Positions 12,710 to 22,790 of a stretch of DNA of 64,000 nt are shown here, piece by piece. Position 1 is the first letter of the stretch. Every line of letters starts with the position of its first letter. The translations under genes and the position numbers were made by a program. Under the pieces are notes generated by a model. The model worked only from the letters and a program-made list of their open reading frames with translations, did no database searches and was not told where the DNA came from. This DNA comes from Methanobacteriota archaeon (lineage in GTDB: Archaea; Halobacteriota; Bog-38; Methanoflorentales; Methanoflorentaceae). The DNA lies in the NCBI GenBank assembly GCA_963719035.1, contig CAVRAO010000002.1:128001-192000 (forward strand). The letters are read 5' to 3'.

Positions 12710-13044
12710 AATAACGCTAATTCTAAACTAATGCTTTGCTGAATAATCGCCTCAGGGAGATGATGCAGACCTCATTACGATAGCTTGGCTGATTCAAATT
12801 GCTACGACGTCATCTTGGTATAAATGCTTACCTCCGCCGCTGAGGCGCTAATATCGTCGTTGCTTCTCTTATTGAAGCCAAAAAAGGCAAAATACGCACG
12901 ACGGCCATGTTTGACCGTCTATCCGTTCAAGCTCCTCATGCCTTTTTGCACTGCCGCAGGCAACGGCGAACCTATTTACTAGCATAAGAGGCAAAGGCGC
13001 TCTTCGATGCTTAAGCTGTCTAATTCTGTGTTTCTGCGAACGGG

Positions 13045-13743
13045 TCACAAGTCAATATCGACTTCTTTAAGCGTCCCGTCTTCAGTTTTTAAGATAGCGA
13101 TCAGCTTTATTACGTGTCCGGGTTGAAGGCCAGCTTTGCGCGCCGATTCTGCTGGGAGTACTTTGCTGATGGACTTTTTTGCGAGCCGTTTTACCATCTC
13201 GCTTGGATCAAGAAGCAGTTGCGCTAGTGGATTGAAAGCTCTGCTATCACCAATGGCGCCGAGTGCCTTCACAGCGCCATATCGTATAATTACGTCCTTA
13301 TCGGCGAGGAGCGCAATGAGGGGTTCCACGGCTCGCGTATCACCCATCTCGCCTAGGGCCTCAATCGACCAGTATCTAGCGTTTGAGTCTGGGCCTTCTA
13401 TCACCTGAAGCAACGGCATTACTGTGGGTCGACCGATTTTTACGAGCGCTTCCGCGCAATAGACGTCGATGCCCTCCGACGTTTTGCTAAAAGCTCTGAT
13501 GAGATATGGAATAGCGCGCGTTGATCCGATCTCTCCAAGCGCCCACGCGGCGTTGCGTCTTACCGACCAGTGGTCGTCGTTGAGCGCATCTATAAGGGCA
13601 TCAGTTGCGACTTCGTCTTTGAGCTCGCCGAGCATTTCAGCGACCTGCGAGCGAACATCCTCGTCAGCATCTTTGAGCGCGTTAATTAGCCCGTATGGGC
13701 TTCTCTCTGCCTTGAGCTTTACAATATCGGGTTTCGTTCGCAT
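13045..13743 (-). CDS. HEAT-repeat (PBS lyase-like) protein
   Basis: Repeated LI.AL.D....VR..AA.ALGEIG units. Confidence 0.9.
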   Translation of the reverse strand: MRTKPDIVKLKAERSPYGLINALKDADEDVRSQVAEMLGELKDEVATDALIDALNDDHWSVRRNAAWALGEIGSTRAIPYLIRAFSKTSEGIDVYCAEALVKIGRPTVMPLLQVIEGPDSNARYWSIEALGEMGDTRAVEPLIALLADKDVIIRYGAVKALGAIGDSRAFNPLAQLLLDPSEMVKRLAKKSISKVLPAESARKAGLQPGHVIKLIAILKTEDGTLKEVDIDL

Positions 13744-13775
13744 CAGTATTCACTAGCTGCGATGTGCATGCAAAG

Positions 13776-14723
13776 TTACACACTGTGAATTTTTTCAGTT
13801 GATCCACTTTGGGACAGCACCACGACGCGACTGATGGGAGATCCGGCAGCGACTGTGTACCCCGTTCGTTCGCCAACGTCTCGTGCAAATGACATTACGC
13901 CTTCGTATGACATCATTGCGGCCCGTGACAGTCGTTTTCTGGAAAAACCGAGGTGCATATACGACTTGACTTCAACATAGTCAGGTTCAGCCAGTTCGAT
14001 GAGCTTTGCGTAGCTCGCCTCTCCAAAAGCGTTCACCTCGTTTACAAGCGTAATGCGCAGGGCGGTGCGTGAGGGATGATCGGCGAGTACGTGCAACGAT
14101 TCGAGCAGCTGTCCAAACTTATGCGTTCGTGGCTTGCATATCGAGTAGAAGTGCTCTTCATCAGGGCTGTTCAGCGAGACGTACAGCTGGGTCGGACGGA
14201 CCTGTTCGAGCACTTCGGGATGACTCCCGTTTGACACGACGAAGGTCGTCATATGTTTGTGATGGTAGCGTTCGATGAGCTCGTCGAGGTATGGGTAGAG
14301 CGTTGGTTCGCCGCTGAGCGAAATGGCTACTTGGCTTGGATCGTAAGCCTCCTGTAGCTTTTGCATGTTGGTAGTCGAGGCGCCCTTATAGCCGGAAATA
14401 AGCATTCTCTGCGCCGCTATCGAGCCATCGACGAGTTCCTGCGGCTCGTCAAACCCGAACCTCTCTGTCGTGTCCAGATCTGTAGCTCTCCAGCAGTGCA
14501 GGCACTGTTGATTACAGTGCAGTGTGGGGGTCATTTGGATACAGCGGTGAGCGTGAATGCCGTAAAATTGCTCCTTGTAGCACACGCCCTCATTACGCAA
14601 GGACTTCTTGAGCCACAGACACGGCTTGACAGCCCCCCCGCAGCCTATAGCGTGATAGCCTTGTTTAGTTAGGGTCTCGCGGTATGACAAGGGAACTGAC
14701 GTCTTGGGATTTCTTCGTCGCAT
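13776..14723 (-). CDS. taw1: 4-demethylwyosine synthase (radical SAM)
   Basis: AVKPCLW, CYKEQFYGI..HRCIQMTP, CNQQCLHCWR, AISLSGEPTLYP. Confidence 0.95.
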   Translation of the reverse strand: MRRRNPKTSVPLSYRETLTKQGYHAIGCGGAVKPCLWLKKSLRNEGVCYKEQFYGIHAHRCIQMTPTLHCNQQCLHCWRATDLDTTERFGFDEPQELVDGSIAAQRMLISGYKGASTTNMQKLQEAYDPSQVAISLSGEPTLYPYLDELIERYHHKHMTTFVVSNGSHPEVLEQVRPTQLYVSLNSPDEEHFYSICKPRTHKFGQLLESLHVLADHPSRTALRITLVNEVNAFGEASYAKLIELAEPDYVEVKSYMHLGFSRKRLSRAAMMSYEGVMSFARDVGERTGYTVAAGSPISRVVVLSQSGSTEKIHSV

Positions 14724-14743
14724 GAATGGGTCTCTTTATACCT

Positions 14744-16414
14744 TCACATCGAATCGACTGGTTCAATCCCGAGACAGTTTAGCACGTTTCGCAAAACAAT
14801 CCGTGCGCTCGTCACGAGGGCTAATCGAGCGCGGCTCATCTCGGGTTCAGCAGAGAGCACGGGCATAAATCGATAAAATTGGTTAAATGCCTCTGCAAGC
14901 TCGCGTGCATATGAAGTAAGCATGCTCACACTCAAATTCCTCGTGATATCTTCGATTACTGCGGGAAACTGCGCACACAGTTTAATGACCTTGATCTCGG
15001 ATTCGTCTGTGAGCAGACTCGGGTCGTACTTGTGATCAAACGTAGTCTTTACGAGAATATTACTTGCGCGGGCGTGCGCGTATTGCAAAAATGGCCCCCC
15101 TTGTCGCTCGAAATCAAGGGCTTCGGACCAGTTAAAGACCATAGGTTTATCAGCGGATACCCTGAGCAAGTCATAGCGCGTCGCGCCGATGCCTACGGCT
15201 TGCGCGATCGCGCGTTTCTCTTCTTCGGATAACGTTGGGCGCCGCTTATCGACCTCTTCATACGCTTTCTCTGTTACCTTCTCTAGTACCTCATCTGCGC
15301 TCACGAAGTGACCTCGGCGCGTGCTCATTGAGCCCTCTGGAAGGGAGACAAACTCAAAAAACACAACTTCAGGAGCGCTAATGTTGAGAAGCTCGAGCGC
15401 TTTTCCCACTTGGAGCGCGGTTAGCTTGTGGTCCGCCCCGAGCACGTCGATCATGCGGTTGCATCGTCCTGCCTTCCAGACGTGGTAGGCGATGTCGCGA
15501 GTCGCGTACACCGACGTGCCATCCGAGCGCCGAACGACGAGATCTTTGCCGATGCCAAACGACGAAAGATCGATGTGCATTGATCCGTCACTCTCGGTTA
15601 CACCATAGCTTCGGAGTTCTTCGATGATGCCGTGCAAGTCGTCAAGGAATTCACTCTCCCAGACGAAACGGTCGTGCGAGACGTGAAGGTTTGCAAGTGT
15701 CTGGTTGATGCCTCGCAGACAGAATTCGACTGCGTCTTCGAACAGACAAGCAACATCTTGATCGCCGCCTTCAAAGCGCTGCATGAGCTCCCTTATGTCG
15801 TTGAGCTTCGTAGGGTGGAGTTCTATGTCAGCGTTCGCCTTGATGTAGACATCGGCCGTAGCGTGATCCGATTTTCTCTTGCCATTGAGCTCAAAGTGCA
15901 TAAGGCCCCAGACGACAAGCGCGATCTGTCGGCCCATGTTATTGACATAATACTGAGTCTCGACGCGGTATCCGGCCTGCTTTAGACAACGCGTGAGCGC
16001 ATCGCCGATGACCGAGTTTCGCACGTGGCCGATGTGAAGGGGCCCGTTTGGATTCGCAGAGGTGTGTTCGAGAATCACGATGCTGTCACTGTTGATTCGC
16101 CCGTAGTTCTGATCCTCCTCCAATACGGTGCTGAGCGCGCGATGCAGGTAGTCGGTACTCACAAAGAAATTCACATAGGGTCCTGCAGCCTCAGCTCGCG
16201 CAACCAGAACGTCAGAACTGATGCGTTGTACGATGTTGTGTGCGATCTCGTGAGGCGGGAGCTTAAGGATGGGTGCGAGTTTAAACGTGACGATACTTGT
16301 AAGGTCGGCATAGCCGGGCTTAACGACCAATGCCAGGTCACCGCTTGGGTACTCGCACTTTTCGAGCGCTTCTGTCAGCAGCTTTTCGACGTGCTTGCGA
16401 AAGTTGAGAAACAT
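14744..16414 (-). CDS. argS: Arginine--tRNA ligase
   Basis: EHTSANPNGPLHIGH, MSTRRG, QYAHARA; likely start MFLNF at 16414. Confidence 0.95.
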   Translation of the reverse strand: MFLNFRKHVEKLLTEALEKCEYPSGDLALVVKPGYADLTSIVTFKLAPILKLPPHEIAHNIVQRISSDVLVARAEAAGPYVNFFVSTDYLHRALSTVLEEDQNYGRINSDSIVILEHTSANPNGPLHIGHVRNSVIGDALTRCLKQAGYRVETQYYVNNMGRQIALVVWGLMHFELNGKRKSDHATADVYIKANADIELHPTKLNDIRELMQRFEGGDQDVACLFEDAVEFCLRGINQTLANLHVSHDRFVWESEFLDDLHGIIEELRSYGVTESDGSMHIDLSSFGIGKDLVVRRSDGTSVYATRDIAYHVWKAGRCNRMIDVLGADHKLTALQVGKALELLNISAPEVVFFEFVSLPEGSMSTRRGHFVSADEVLEKVTEKAYEEVDKRRPTLSEEEKRAIAQAVGIGATRYDLLRVSADKPMVFNWSEALDFERQGGPFLQYAHARASNILVKTTFDHKYDPSLLTDESEIKVIKLCAQFPAVIEDITRNLSVSMLTSYARELAEAFNQFYRFMPVLSAEPEMSRARLALVTSARIVLRNVLNCLGIEPVDSM

Positions 16415-16424
16415 TACGGCTCCG

Positions 16425-17657
16425 TCAGCGCTCGTCGATCGCAAAACGCAGGATGGCTGCAATGCCGCCAAATGCTCGCATGAGCTGCTCCCCCTCGTTG
16501 AAGTCTGTTGAGATAAACTCTACCGAGGCTCCCGTGTCTCCTGCCCTGCGGATAAGCTCGTCGACAACATCTTCCTCGTGGGCGCGTTCCATTGCACCCT
16601 CACATTTAGGACACACGCCCGCCCCTTTTATCCCACGGATCGTCTCTTCGAGCGTGAACCCGCACAGCGGGCAACTGTTGGTCACACGCTTGATGCGAAG
16701 CGCCTCTGAGAGGAGTAGCGTATCGACGGCTCCTAGCTGAAGTGCTTTTCGTGCCTGTTTCTCGCCGTAGGTCGCCTTATTTGAATCGTGCACAAGCTCT
16801 TGGAGGAAGCGCCCTACTACGTTCTTTTCGCGTATCAAATCGAGTTCTTGGAGCACCTCGGCGCCGTTTTCCACGAGCTCTGAAAGGCCGAACTCGTCGG
16901 TATAGGACGCGTCAAAAGCCCCGAGAATCTTTTGCTGTAGCTCGTGATGGAGGTACTCGCCGTCGACGAACTCCTCTTTAGTTGGACTTGGACCGCCTAT
17001 GAGCACCCCTTTGAGCTCTGGATGTTGAAGAAACTCGTTGTTGGCGGCCTCACCGATACGCTTGTAGAACTCGTGGATGGCTATGAGGCGCAGCCGTTCA
17101 AAACGACGCTGCGATTGGCCGCCTTTCGTGTGTTTGCCAGGCACTCCGGACGTGAGGTGCTTGACTGGTTCGATGCGTTTGCCGTTAAGGACGCCGACCG
17201 TCGCCTCATTTCGGTCGACAACGACCAGTCCGAACACCTGTTTTTCCTTAAGCATTTCCTTGAGCGGATCAAGGTTGAATGTCGAATCACAGCGGTATTG
17301 GTAAGACTTTATCGGTTCAATGGGCTCTACGACGAGCGTTTCCATCGTTGACTTGTCACCGCCGAGTGCGATCGTTCCCGTAAAAATCACAAGCCCGTTT
17401 GACGGCGGAAAGCGATAGTACTTGAGGCGCGACGTGATCGATGAGAGCGCGCTTTGCACGTTGGTCCGTGTGCTCTTTGATTTGATGTTTGACGCCTGTC
17501 CGTACTCGTCCTTGAGCTGGCTCACTACGTCTGAGATTTGTTTGTCAGGCGGAATATATATTGTGATAAGTTCGGTCGCTTGCCCCTTCTTGCCCTCTAA
17601 GTTCTCGATGACGCGTTTAAACTCGTAGCGCTTCAATGATTCGATTGGGTTGCTCAT
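16425..17657 (-). CDS. prf1: Peptide chain release factor aRF1
   Basis: ASNIKS, YRCDSTF, KGGQSQRRFERL; likely start MSNP at 17657. Confidence 0.96.
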   Translation of the reverse strand: MSNPIESLKRYEFKRVIENLEGKKGQATELITIYIPPDKQISDVVSQLKDEYGQASNIKSKSTRTNVQSALSSITSRLKYYRFPPSNGLVIFTGTIALGGDKSTMETLVVEPIEPIKSYQYRCDSTFNLDPLKEMLKEKQVFGLVVVDRNEATVGVLNGKRIEPVKHLTSGVPGKHTKGGQSQRRFERLRLIAIHEFYKRIGEAANNEFLQHPELKGVLIGGPSPTKEEFVDGEYLHHELQQKILGAFDASYTDEFGLSELVENGAEVLQELDLIREKNVVGRFLQELVHDSNKATYGEKQARKALQLGAVDTLLLSEALRIKRVTNSCPLCGFTLEETIRGIKGAGVCPKCEGAMERAHEEDVVDELIRRAGDTGASVEFISTDFNEGEQLMRAFGGIAAILRFAIDER

Positions 17658-17910
17658 ATTAGTATATCTCCGCCTTGCGACGGACAAAAAGCCAAAAAGG
17701 ACCACGGCCTTGCGGCCAGTCGCTTGACAATGAATATAGTAAGCGCTTCATTAAAAAACTTTTTAGCGCGTTTGTGGGCGAGCGGGGCGAGGTAAGCTAT
17801 ATATGGCTCGCGGGAAAGAAGTATATAATGAATACGAAGCTTTCGTGGCGTTCTTGTAAGTGGGTTTCGCGGCGGCTTCCCATCGTTGCTTGTTATAGGA
17901 GTCAATCTAT

Positions 17911-18141
17911 ATGTGTCTGGCAATTCCTGCCGAAATTGTTAAGGTCGAAGGGAACAAGGGCGTCGTCGATTACGGCGGCTTAGAACAGGAGATAAGCTTG
18001 GATCTCGTCGAGGATGTCCGTCCCGGGGACTATGTACTAATCCACGTCGGTTTCGCCATTGAGAAGCTCAGCAAAGAAGCTGCCCTCCAAACGCTAGCGA
18101 TTTTTAAGGAGTTGGAAGAGCTCGAGCAGGAAAATGCATGA
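17911..18141 (+). CDS. hypC: Hydrogenase maturation chaperone HypC
   Basis: MCLAIPA, GDYVLIHVGFAI. Confidence 0.96.
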   Translation: MCLAIPAEIVKVEGNKGVVDYGGLEQEISLDLVEDVRPGDYVLIHVGFAIEKLSKEAALQTLAIFKELEELEQENA

Positions 18142-18484
18142 GTTTAGTATTGCGTCCGGCATCGTCGACGTTGTGAAGGAAACGGTCGAAAGCCGGCCGG
18201 TGAAACGGCTTATCTCGGTTACCGTCGAAGTGGGGCAGCTCGCGATGGTTAACCCTGAGCAGCTCAAGTTCTCCTTTGAAGTGATCACTGAAGGCGGCCC
18301 CTTTGAGGGCGCCGAGATGAAAGTCGAAACGCTTCCAGCGGTTGCCAAGTGCAAATGCGGCTTTGAGGGCGCGTTGGGCGATGAGGATTACGTCTGTCCC
18401 AAGTGTGGCGGCTTTTACGAGCTGCTTTCTGGCAGGGACATTTGTATCAAGAATCTTGAGGTCGAACTCGAAGACGAGGGCTAG
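18134..18484 (+). CDS. hypA: Hydrogenase nickel metallochaperone HypA
   Basis: MHEFSIA, CKCG...CPKCG. Confidence 0.95.
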   Translation: MHEFSIASGIVDVVKETVESRPVKRLISVTVEVGQLAMVNPEQLKFSFEVITEGGPFEGAEMKVETLPAVAKCKCGFEGALGDEDYVCPKCGGFYELLSGRDICIKNLEVELEDEG

Positions 18485-18503
18485 ACGGTGAGGTGCCTGA
18501 ATC

Positions 18504-19541
18504 ATGCGAACTGAACGTACAACTGTCGATAAGAACGTCAGCCTGCTCCACGGCGCGGGCGGCGAAATGATGAACGCTCTGATCGCCGACGTCTTGACGA
18601 AGATCAAAAACAAGAACGCCGGCGGTATTGGCTTGGAATCGTTAGATGACGGAGCTGCCATTCCGTTAGCGCAAGGTGGATTCCTCATTCTTACTACAGA
18701 CACGCATGTCGTCAAGCCCATCTTCTTTCCCGGAGGGGACATTGGACGGCTCTCTGTTTCCGGAACGGTCAACGATCTTGCGATGATGGGCGCAGCGCCT
18801 CTTGCGCTGACGAGTGCGATCGTTATGGAGGATGGGTTCGCAATCAGTGATTTACGCAAGATCGTGGCGTCAATGGACGAGGCGACCCAGGAGGTCGACA
18901 CGGCGATCGTGACGGGTGACACGAAGGTGGTGGAAAAGGGAGCACTCGATGGGATCATTATTAACACTGCAGGGATCGGCTTTGTTGAAAGTCCGGTGCG
19001 AGATTGTGGACTTGTGCCAGGTAACAAACTCATCGTCACCGGCACGATTGGTGATAATGGGATTGCTGTGCTCGCCAAGCGGGAGGACTTTCACTTTCGG
19101 ACAGAACTCCGCTCAGACGTAGCACCGATCTGGCACACTGTAAAAGCCGCTCTTGACGCGGCTGATTCGACTGCAATAACGGCTATGAAAGACCCCACGC
19201 GAGGTGGCGTCGCGAGTGCGCTTAACGACATGGCACATAAAAGCGGCGTAGAGATCCTCATTGAAGAGGAGCAGTTACCAATCAATCCTTCGATAAGGGC
19301 AGCTGCTGAGATGCTTGGCATCGATGTGCTCGAAGTGGCTAACGAGGGCAAGGCGATCATCGGCGTTGACGCAGGGAGTGCAGAAGCGGTGCTCGCTGCA
19401 CTTAAAAAGACAAAGTATGGGAAGAAAGCCGCGATTATCGGCGAAGTAAATGAAGGTCAAAGAGTTCTGATGAAGACGCAGATCGGCGGAACTCGCTTTG
19501 TTGATGCACCGCTTGGCGATCCAGTGCCCCGCGTGTGTTAA
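18504..19541 (+). CDS. hypE: Hydrogenase maturation protein HypE
   Basis: HGAGG, FFPGGDIG.L...GTVNDL, TGDTKVV, KDPTRGG, C-terminal PRVC. Confidence 0.96.
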   Translation: MRTERTTVDKNVSLLHGAGGEMMNALIADVLTKIKNKNAGGIGLESLDDGAAIPLAQGGFLILTTDTHVVKPIFFPGGDIGRLSVSGTVNDLAMMGAAPLALTSAIVMEDGFAISDLRKIVASMDEATQEVDTAIVTGDTKVVEKGALDGIIINTAGIGFVESPVRDCGLVPGNKLIVTGTIGDNGIAVLAKREDFHFRTELRSDVAPIWHTVKAALDAADSTAITAMKDPTRGGVASALNDMAHKSGVEILIEEEQLPINPSIRAAAEMLGIDVLEVANEGKAIIGVDAGSAEAVLAALKKTKYGKKAAIIGEVNEGQRVLMKTQIGGTRFVDAPLGDPVPRVC

Positions 19542-19587
19542 CTACTAACGTCTTTAAAATAGCTTCTGACGGCTTGCGCACACGCGC

Positions 19588-19696
19588 AGAAAGCTTTAAT
19601 ATCAATCCCCAGCGTAGTAAGCTGTGCTGCGTCAAGCGGCCTTTACGCTTGTGCATGCCCGGGTAGTGTAGCGGCCAATCATGGAGCCCTGTCGAG
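19588..19696 (+). repeat. Copy 1 of an ~108-bp direct repeat: tRNA promoter + leader + 5' half of tRNA-Asp (19657-19696), left att of element 1
   Basis: Matches 25233-25340 with about 5 differences; the match ends exactly after the anticodon loop (ctgtcgag). Confidence 0.92.
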
Positions 19697-19721
19697 AGCC
19701 CCTCCTAATTTTGAGCCCCTT

Positions 19722-20840
19722 TTGACTACACCAGGCATTTGCGGAACTCTTAGTCCTTTTCACTTCGATTTCGTGAGTGATAAGATACGCACCATATATA
19801 CTACCGATTCAGGGAACGGTCACAGTCTTGATTCACTTCAATTGACGTTTTCGCGGGATCAACTTATCAATTACAAGAAATGGCGTATAGAAGGTCTTGA
19901 TCGGAAAAGCAGCAATTGGATGAACAAGGCCGCTGAGATTGTTTGGCACGGCACGCATGGCGTAATCTGTAAGCTAACAATGGACGCGGTGCGTGACGTT
20001 GCTTTAACCAAATACACGTGCGTTTATTCAAAACGTAAAGTGCTATGTTTTGCTAAAGGTCTCCTCAAGTATCTTGCCAAAACCACCTTCGACACTCGCT
20101 TTCAGGCATTTGAACTCTTCTTGGAGATGCCTAAGGTCCTCAAAATTCGTAAGCATGTTACAAGCCGCATTGTGACTAAGGAAGACATTGAAAATGTGCT
20201 AAAAGCGATTGAACAGGCGTTTAGCATCGGGCGTATTGATAACGCTCACTATCTAAACTACAAAGCGATAGTGTTCTTTGGCGCGTTTACGGGTCAGCGA
20301 CCTTTAGCGACAATAGCAAGATTAACTGCGCGACAATTTGAGGAAGCGGTGAAAATGAAGAAACCGGTTGTTGATGTTCTCCCGTGGCAAGATAAGATTC
20401 GCATGCAGCATTATTGCCCTCTCCACCCGCAAGTCGTTGAGGCTGTAGAACCTGCGCTGGAAGTTAGATTCGATGACGAGCGTGTTTTTGAGCAACTGTC
20501 CTTTCAAGAGTGGCTTAAGTACACAGACATCCGGCTATTGCAAGGAGGCGCTCGCATTGTCAATGGAGACCTGAGGAAATTTGCAGAGCAGCAATCCGAC
20601 GTACTGCAGTGGGATCAATCAAATAAGAACTACATACTAACCCACGGTGTCAGCGGGGTCGATTGGCGTTTTTACAAGCATCCGTTGCCTAAGATCGTGT
20701 ATGACGTATATATGCAGTATTGGAAAGAAGTCGAGCTTTCGTGTTTAAAGTGGCCATGCTTGTTCCCGCACAACCGGCAAAAATACCATACATACCGTCA
20801 TCGGCAAAAGCAAACGTTAGCCTGTGGGCTTCTTTCCTAA
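19722..20840 (+). CDS. Archaeal tyrosine recombinase/integrase, apparently intact catalytic set
   Basis: GAFTGQRP (R), DKIR (K), DLRKF (R), ILTHG (H), WRFYKH (Y); adjacent to tRNA half; start codon uncertain. Confidence 0.88.
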   Translation: MTTPGICGTLSPFHFDFVSDKIRTIYTTDSGNGHSLDSLQLTFSRDQLINYKKWRIEGLDRKSSNWMNKAAEIVWHGTHGVICKLTMDAVRDVALTKYTCVYSKRKVLCFAKGLLKYLAKTTFDTRFQAFELFLEMPKVLKIRKHVTSRIVTKEDIENVLKAIEQAFSIGRIDNAHYLNYKAIVFFGAFTGQRPLATIARLTARQFEEAVKMKKPVVDVLPWQDKIRMQHYCPLHPQVVEAVEPALEVRFDDERVFEQLSFQEWLKYTDIRLLQGGARIVNGDLRKFAEQQSDVLQWDQSNKNYILTHGVSGVDWRFYKHPLPKIVYDVYMQYWKEVELSCLKWPCLFPHNRQKYHTYRHRQKQTLACGLLS

Positions 20841-21087
20841 AAATAAAAAGCCCACGGCCTTATCAAAAACGTATGTTGACGACGATATTGCCCCATGAAC
20901 CCACCTGCCTGCTGAGACGATGGTAGTACTTTAAACTTAAAATTTGTGATAGCTTTTAGCAGGCGCCTATTAGCGGTCAATTCTGACCTCCGCCTCGCTG
21001 AGGCAATCGTAAATTCATCGTTACTTTTTGCTCTACTTTTTTTGTTCTGCGAGAATGTGGAGCACAGGCTATCCCTCACTAAGCGCA

Positions 21088-21798
21088 TCAAGAGACGTGT
21101 CCAATCGGGATAATGTAAAGCGGCTGCTGGTCTGGAGGGGTCTCTAACACTTCGCGCACCATCGAGTCATCAAAGGCGCCGATCGGAACCGCTCCCAATC
21201 CCAACGATGTACACTCGAGCAACACGTTTTGCGCTGCGTGACCAGCCTCGAGGTGGACGTAGCGCTCAGCACGTTCACCGTACTTCGTTGCGGCCCGCTC
21301 GTAGACCCCCATAATCACAAGTTTTAACGGTGCTTGTCGTACGGCGTCCTGATTCAAAGCGGCTTTTGTCAGGTTCTCCTGCACATCCGCTGATCTGATT
21401 TTCCCGAGGCTGTGATTTAGGGGGTTGTAATGGTACACTCCTGTTACGTTCACGACATAGACTTCGAGCGGATACAGCGCGCCCGCAGACGGCACCGTTC
21501 TGAATCCTTGAGTGCTCGTGATTCCTTGAGCGGCCCAAACGAGCTGTGAGAGCTCGCTTAGTGAGATGTCAGCGTCAGTGTACTCGCGTACCGACCGCCG
21601 CTGTTGGAACGTTTCCTCTAATGACATGTTTCCTTTCAGGACTGGGTCGGGAAGCTTGATGACGTCGATGACAGCGAGGTCATGTGATACAGGCACAACT
21701 GCATCGTCGCTCTTTTGCGAGCTCAACGCCATCCACCCTATAAGAGCGGAAGCGATCACCGCAATGACCAGCGCAACGGCCAAGATTTTTTTTCGCAT
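21088..21798 (-). CDS. SagB/ThcOx-family nitroreductase-like protein with N-terminal membrane anchor
   Basis: RRSVREY, RTVPSAGALYPLEVY, LEAGHAAQNVLL, IGAFDD. Confidence 0.9.
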   Translation of the reverse strand: MRKKILAVALVIAVIASALIGWMALSSQKSDDAVVPVSHDLAVIDVIKLPDPVLKGNMSLEETFQQRRSVREYTDADISLSELSQLVWAAQGITSTQGFRTVPSAGALYPLEVYVVNVTGVYHYNPLNHSLGKIRSADVQENLTKAALNQDAVRQAPLKLVIMGVYERAATKYGERAERYVHLEAGHAAQNVLLECTSLGLGAVPIGAFDDSMVREVLETPPDQQPLYIIPIGHVS

Positions 21799-21920
21799 CG
21801 ACGTACTCTCACGCTACACGCTTCACTTGAGAATAAGGACCTCCGCATAGTATAGAATTTATGCTTTAGCACGGCTAAGAAGAGGTGCAAAATTAGCACA
21901 AGTTAGCCCGAGTTATCCTA

Positions 21921-22019
21921 AACAGGTATGCAAAGCTGATAGGCAAGAACATTCATCCTCACACATTCTGGCATAAGTTTGCCATCAATAGCGTAAGGCA
22001 CGGATTTGTAATACGCAGA
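21921..22019 (+). pseudogene. Fragment of a XerC/D-like tyrosine recombinase
   Basis: Reads NRYAKLIGKNIHPHTFWHKFAINSVRHG, a decayed HPHxxRHSFA box II. Confidence 0.65.
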
Positions 22020-22044
22020 CCACCTTATGCCATTATGCTCTTCT

Positions 22045-22120
22045 TTCCTGGGAGCTAAGGATGTGCCTGACGACAGAACCAAATTGCCAATTAAGCCCTG
22101 GCACATCCTCCCCCTTTGTC
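22045..22120 (-). repeat. Hairpin-forming dispersed repeat, copy 1 (copy 2 inverted at 31352-31426)
   Basis: GGATGTGCC...GCTTAATTGGCAATTTGG...GGCACATCCTTAGCT shared by both copies. Confidence 0.8.
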
Positions 22121-22293
22121 TAAGCAAAGACTGTGCTGACGAATTTGCGGCTGAATTTCATGAAAGAGCCAATATGTGACGGATAAGGTAGTAAGAGCAG
22201 ATAAAGCTTTTTAACGACGTAAAAAGGAAAAGGAGCGCGAAACGCTCCATATTAGGAACCATTGCCGGCTTCAGTGCAGCTAAGGGTTGTGAC

Positions 22294-22587
22294 TTAAGGA
22301 AGACCCTTAATTATTGCTATTCCTTCTGCTTCTGGAAGCGCCTTCAATGTCTCTAAACTTGCCATTCCGGCGCTCGTTATCGTGAGCACTGCTTTCGCCA
22401 TTGCCTCGTCGCTCGGAGCTTCAACAACTACCACCATATCATATTCCCCAAAGACAAAGTGGATTTGTTTAATCTCTCCGCCGACGGACTTGAATATCTC
22501 TTTAGCGCTTTCTATTCGTTGCGGCATGTCCTTCACTTTCTCAATTCCTGCTTGCGTAAATTTATGAAGCAAGATGTAGCTTGGCAT
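22294..22587 (-). CDS. GYD-domain protein
   Basis: Y..L..FT..G, FGEYDMVVVVEAP, ETLKA. Confidence 0.9.
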   Translation of the reverse strand: MPSYILLHKFTQAGIEKVKDMPQRIESAKEIFKSVGGEIKQIHFVFGEYDMVVVVEAPSDEAMAKAVLTITSAGMASLETLKALPEAEGIAIIKGLP

Positions 22588-22790
22588 TTTGATGTAGCCT
22601 CCATTTTTTTAGTAGTGAGCGTTTTGAGCGATCAGACCATTAGCGTTTGCGCTGTATTGCGCGAGAAATGTGTGCAAGAGCCGCCGTCGGAAGTGATAGA
22701 ACGAGATAAGAGCCAAGAGGTAATCGCTTCTAACTACTTCCACACCGCGCTTCCTAATCGTTTACACCCCATGTTTTACTACACTAATGC

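Noticed and set aside
12755-12815. ggagatgatgc...ctga...gacgtcatc resembling a fluoride riboswitch or C/D box sRNA
   Set aside because: The fluoride-riboswitch pairing and consensus do not fit, it is on the wrong strand for sirC, and the C-to-D spacing is too short with an imperfect C box.
18104-19078. Long antisense ORFs, e.g. opposite hypE, thermosome (43986..44714) and hemA
   Set aside because: Shadow frames of well-identified genes.
20986-21072. Weak arm-like strings (gcc-tcgctga-ggc at 20992; ggagcacaggct at 21059), also 30861 and 34187
   Set aside because: Too degenerate to separate from chance; not counted among the att-like sites.
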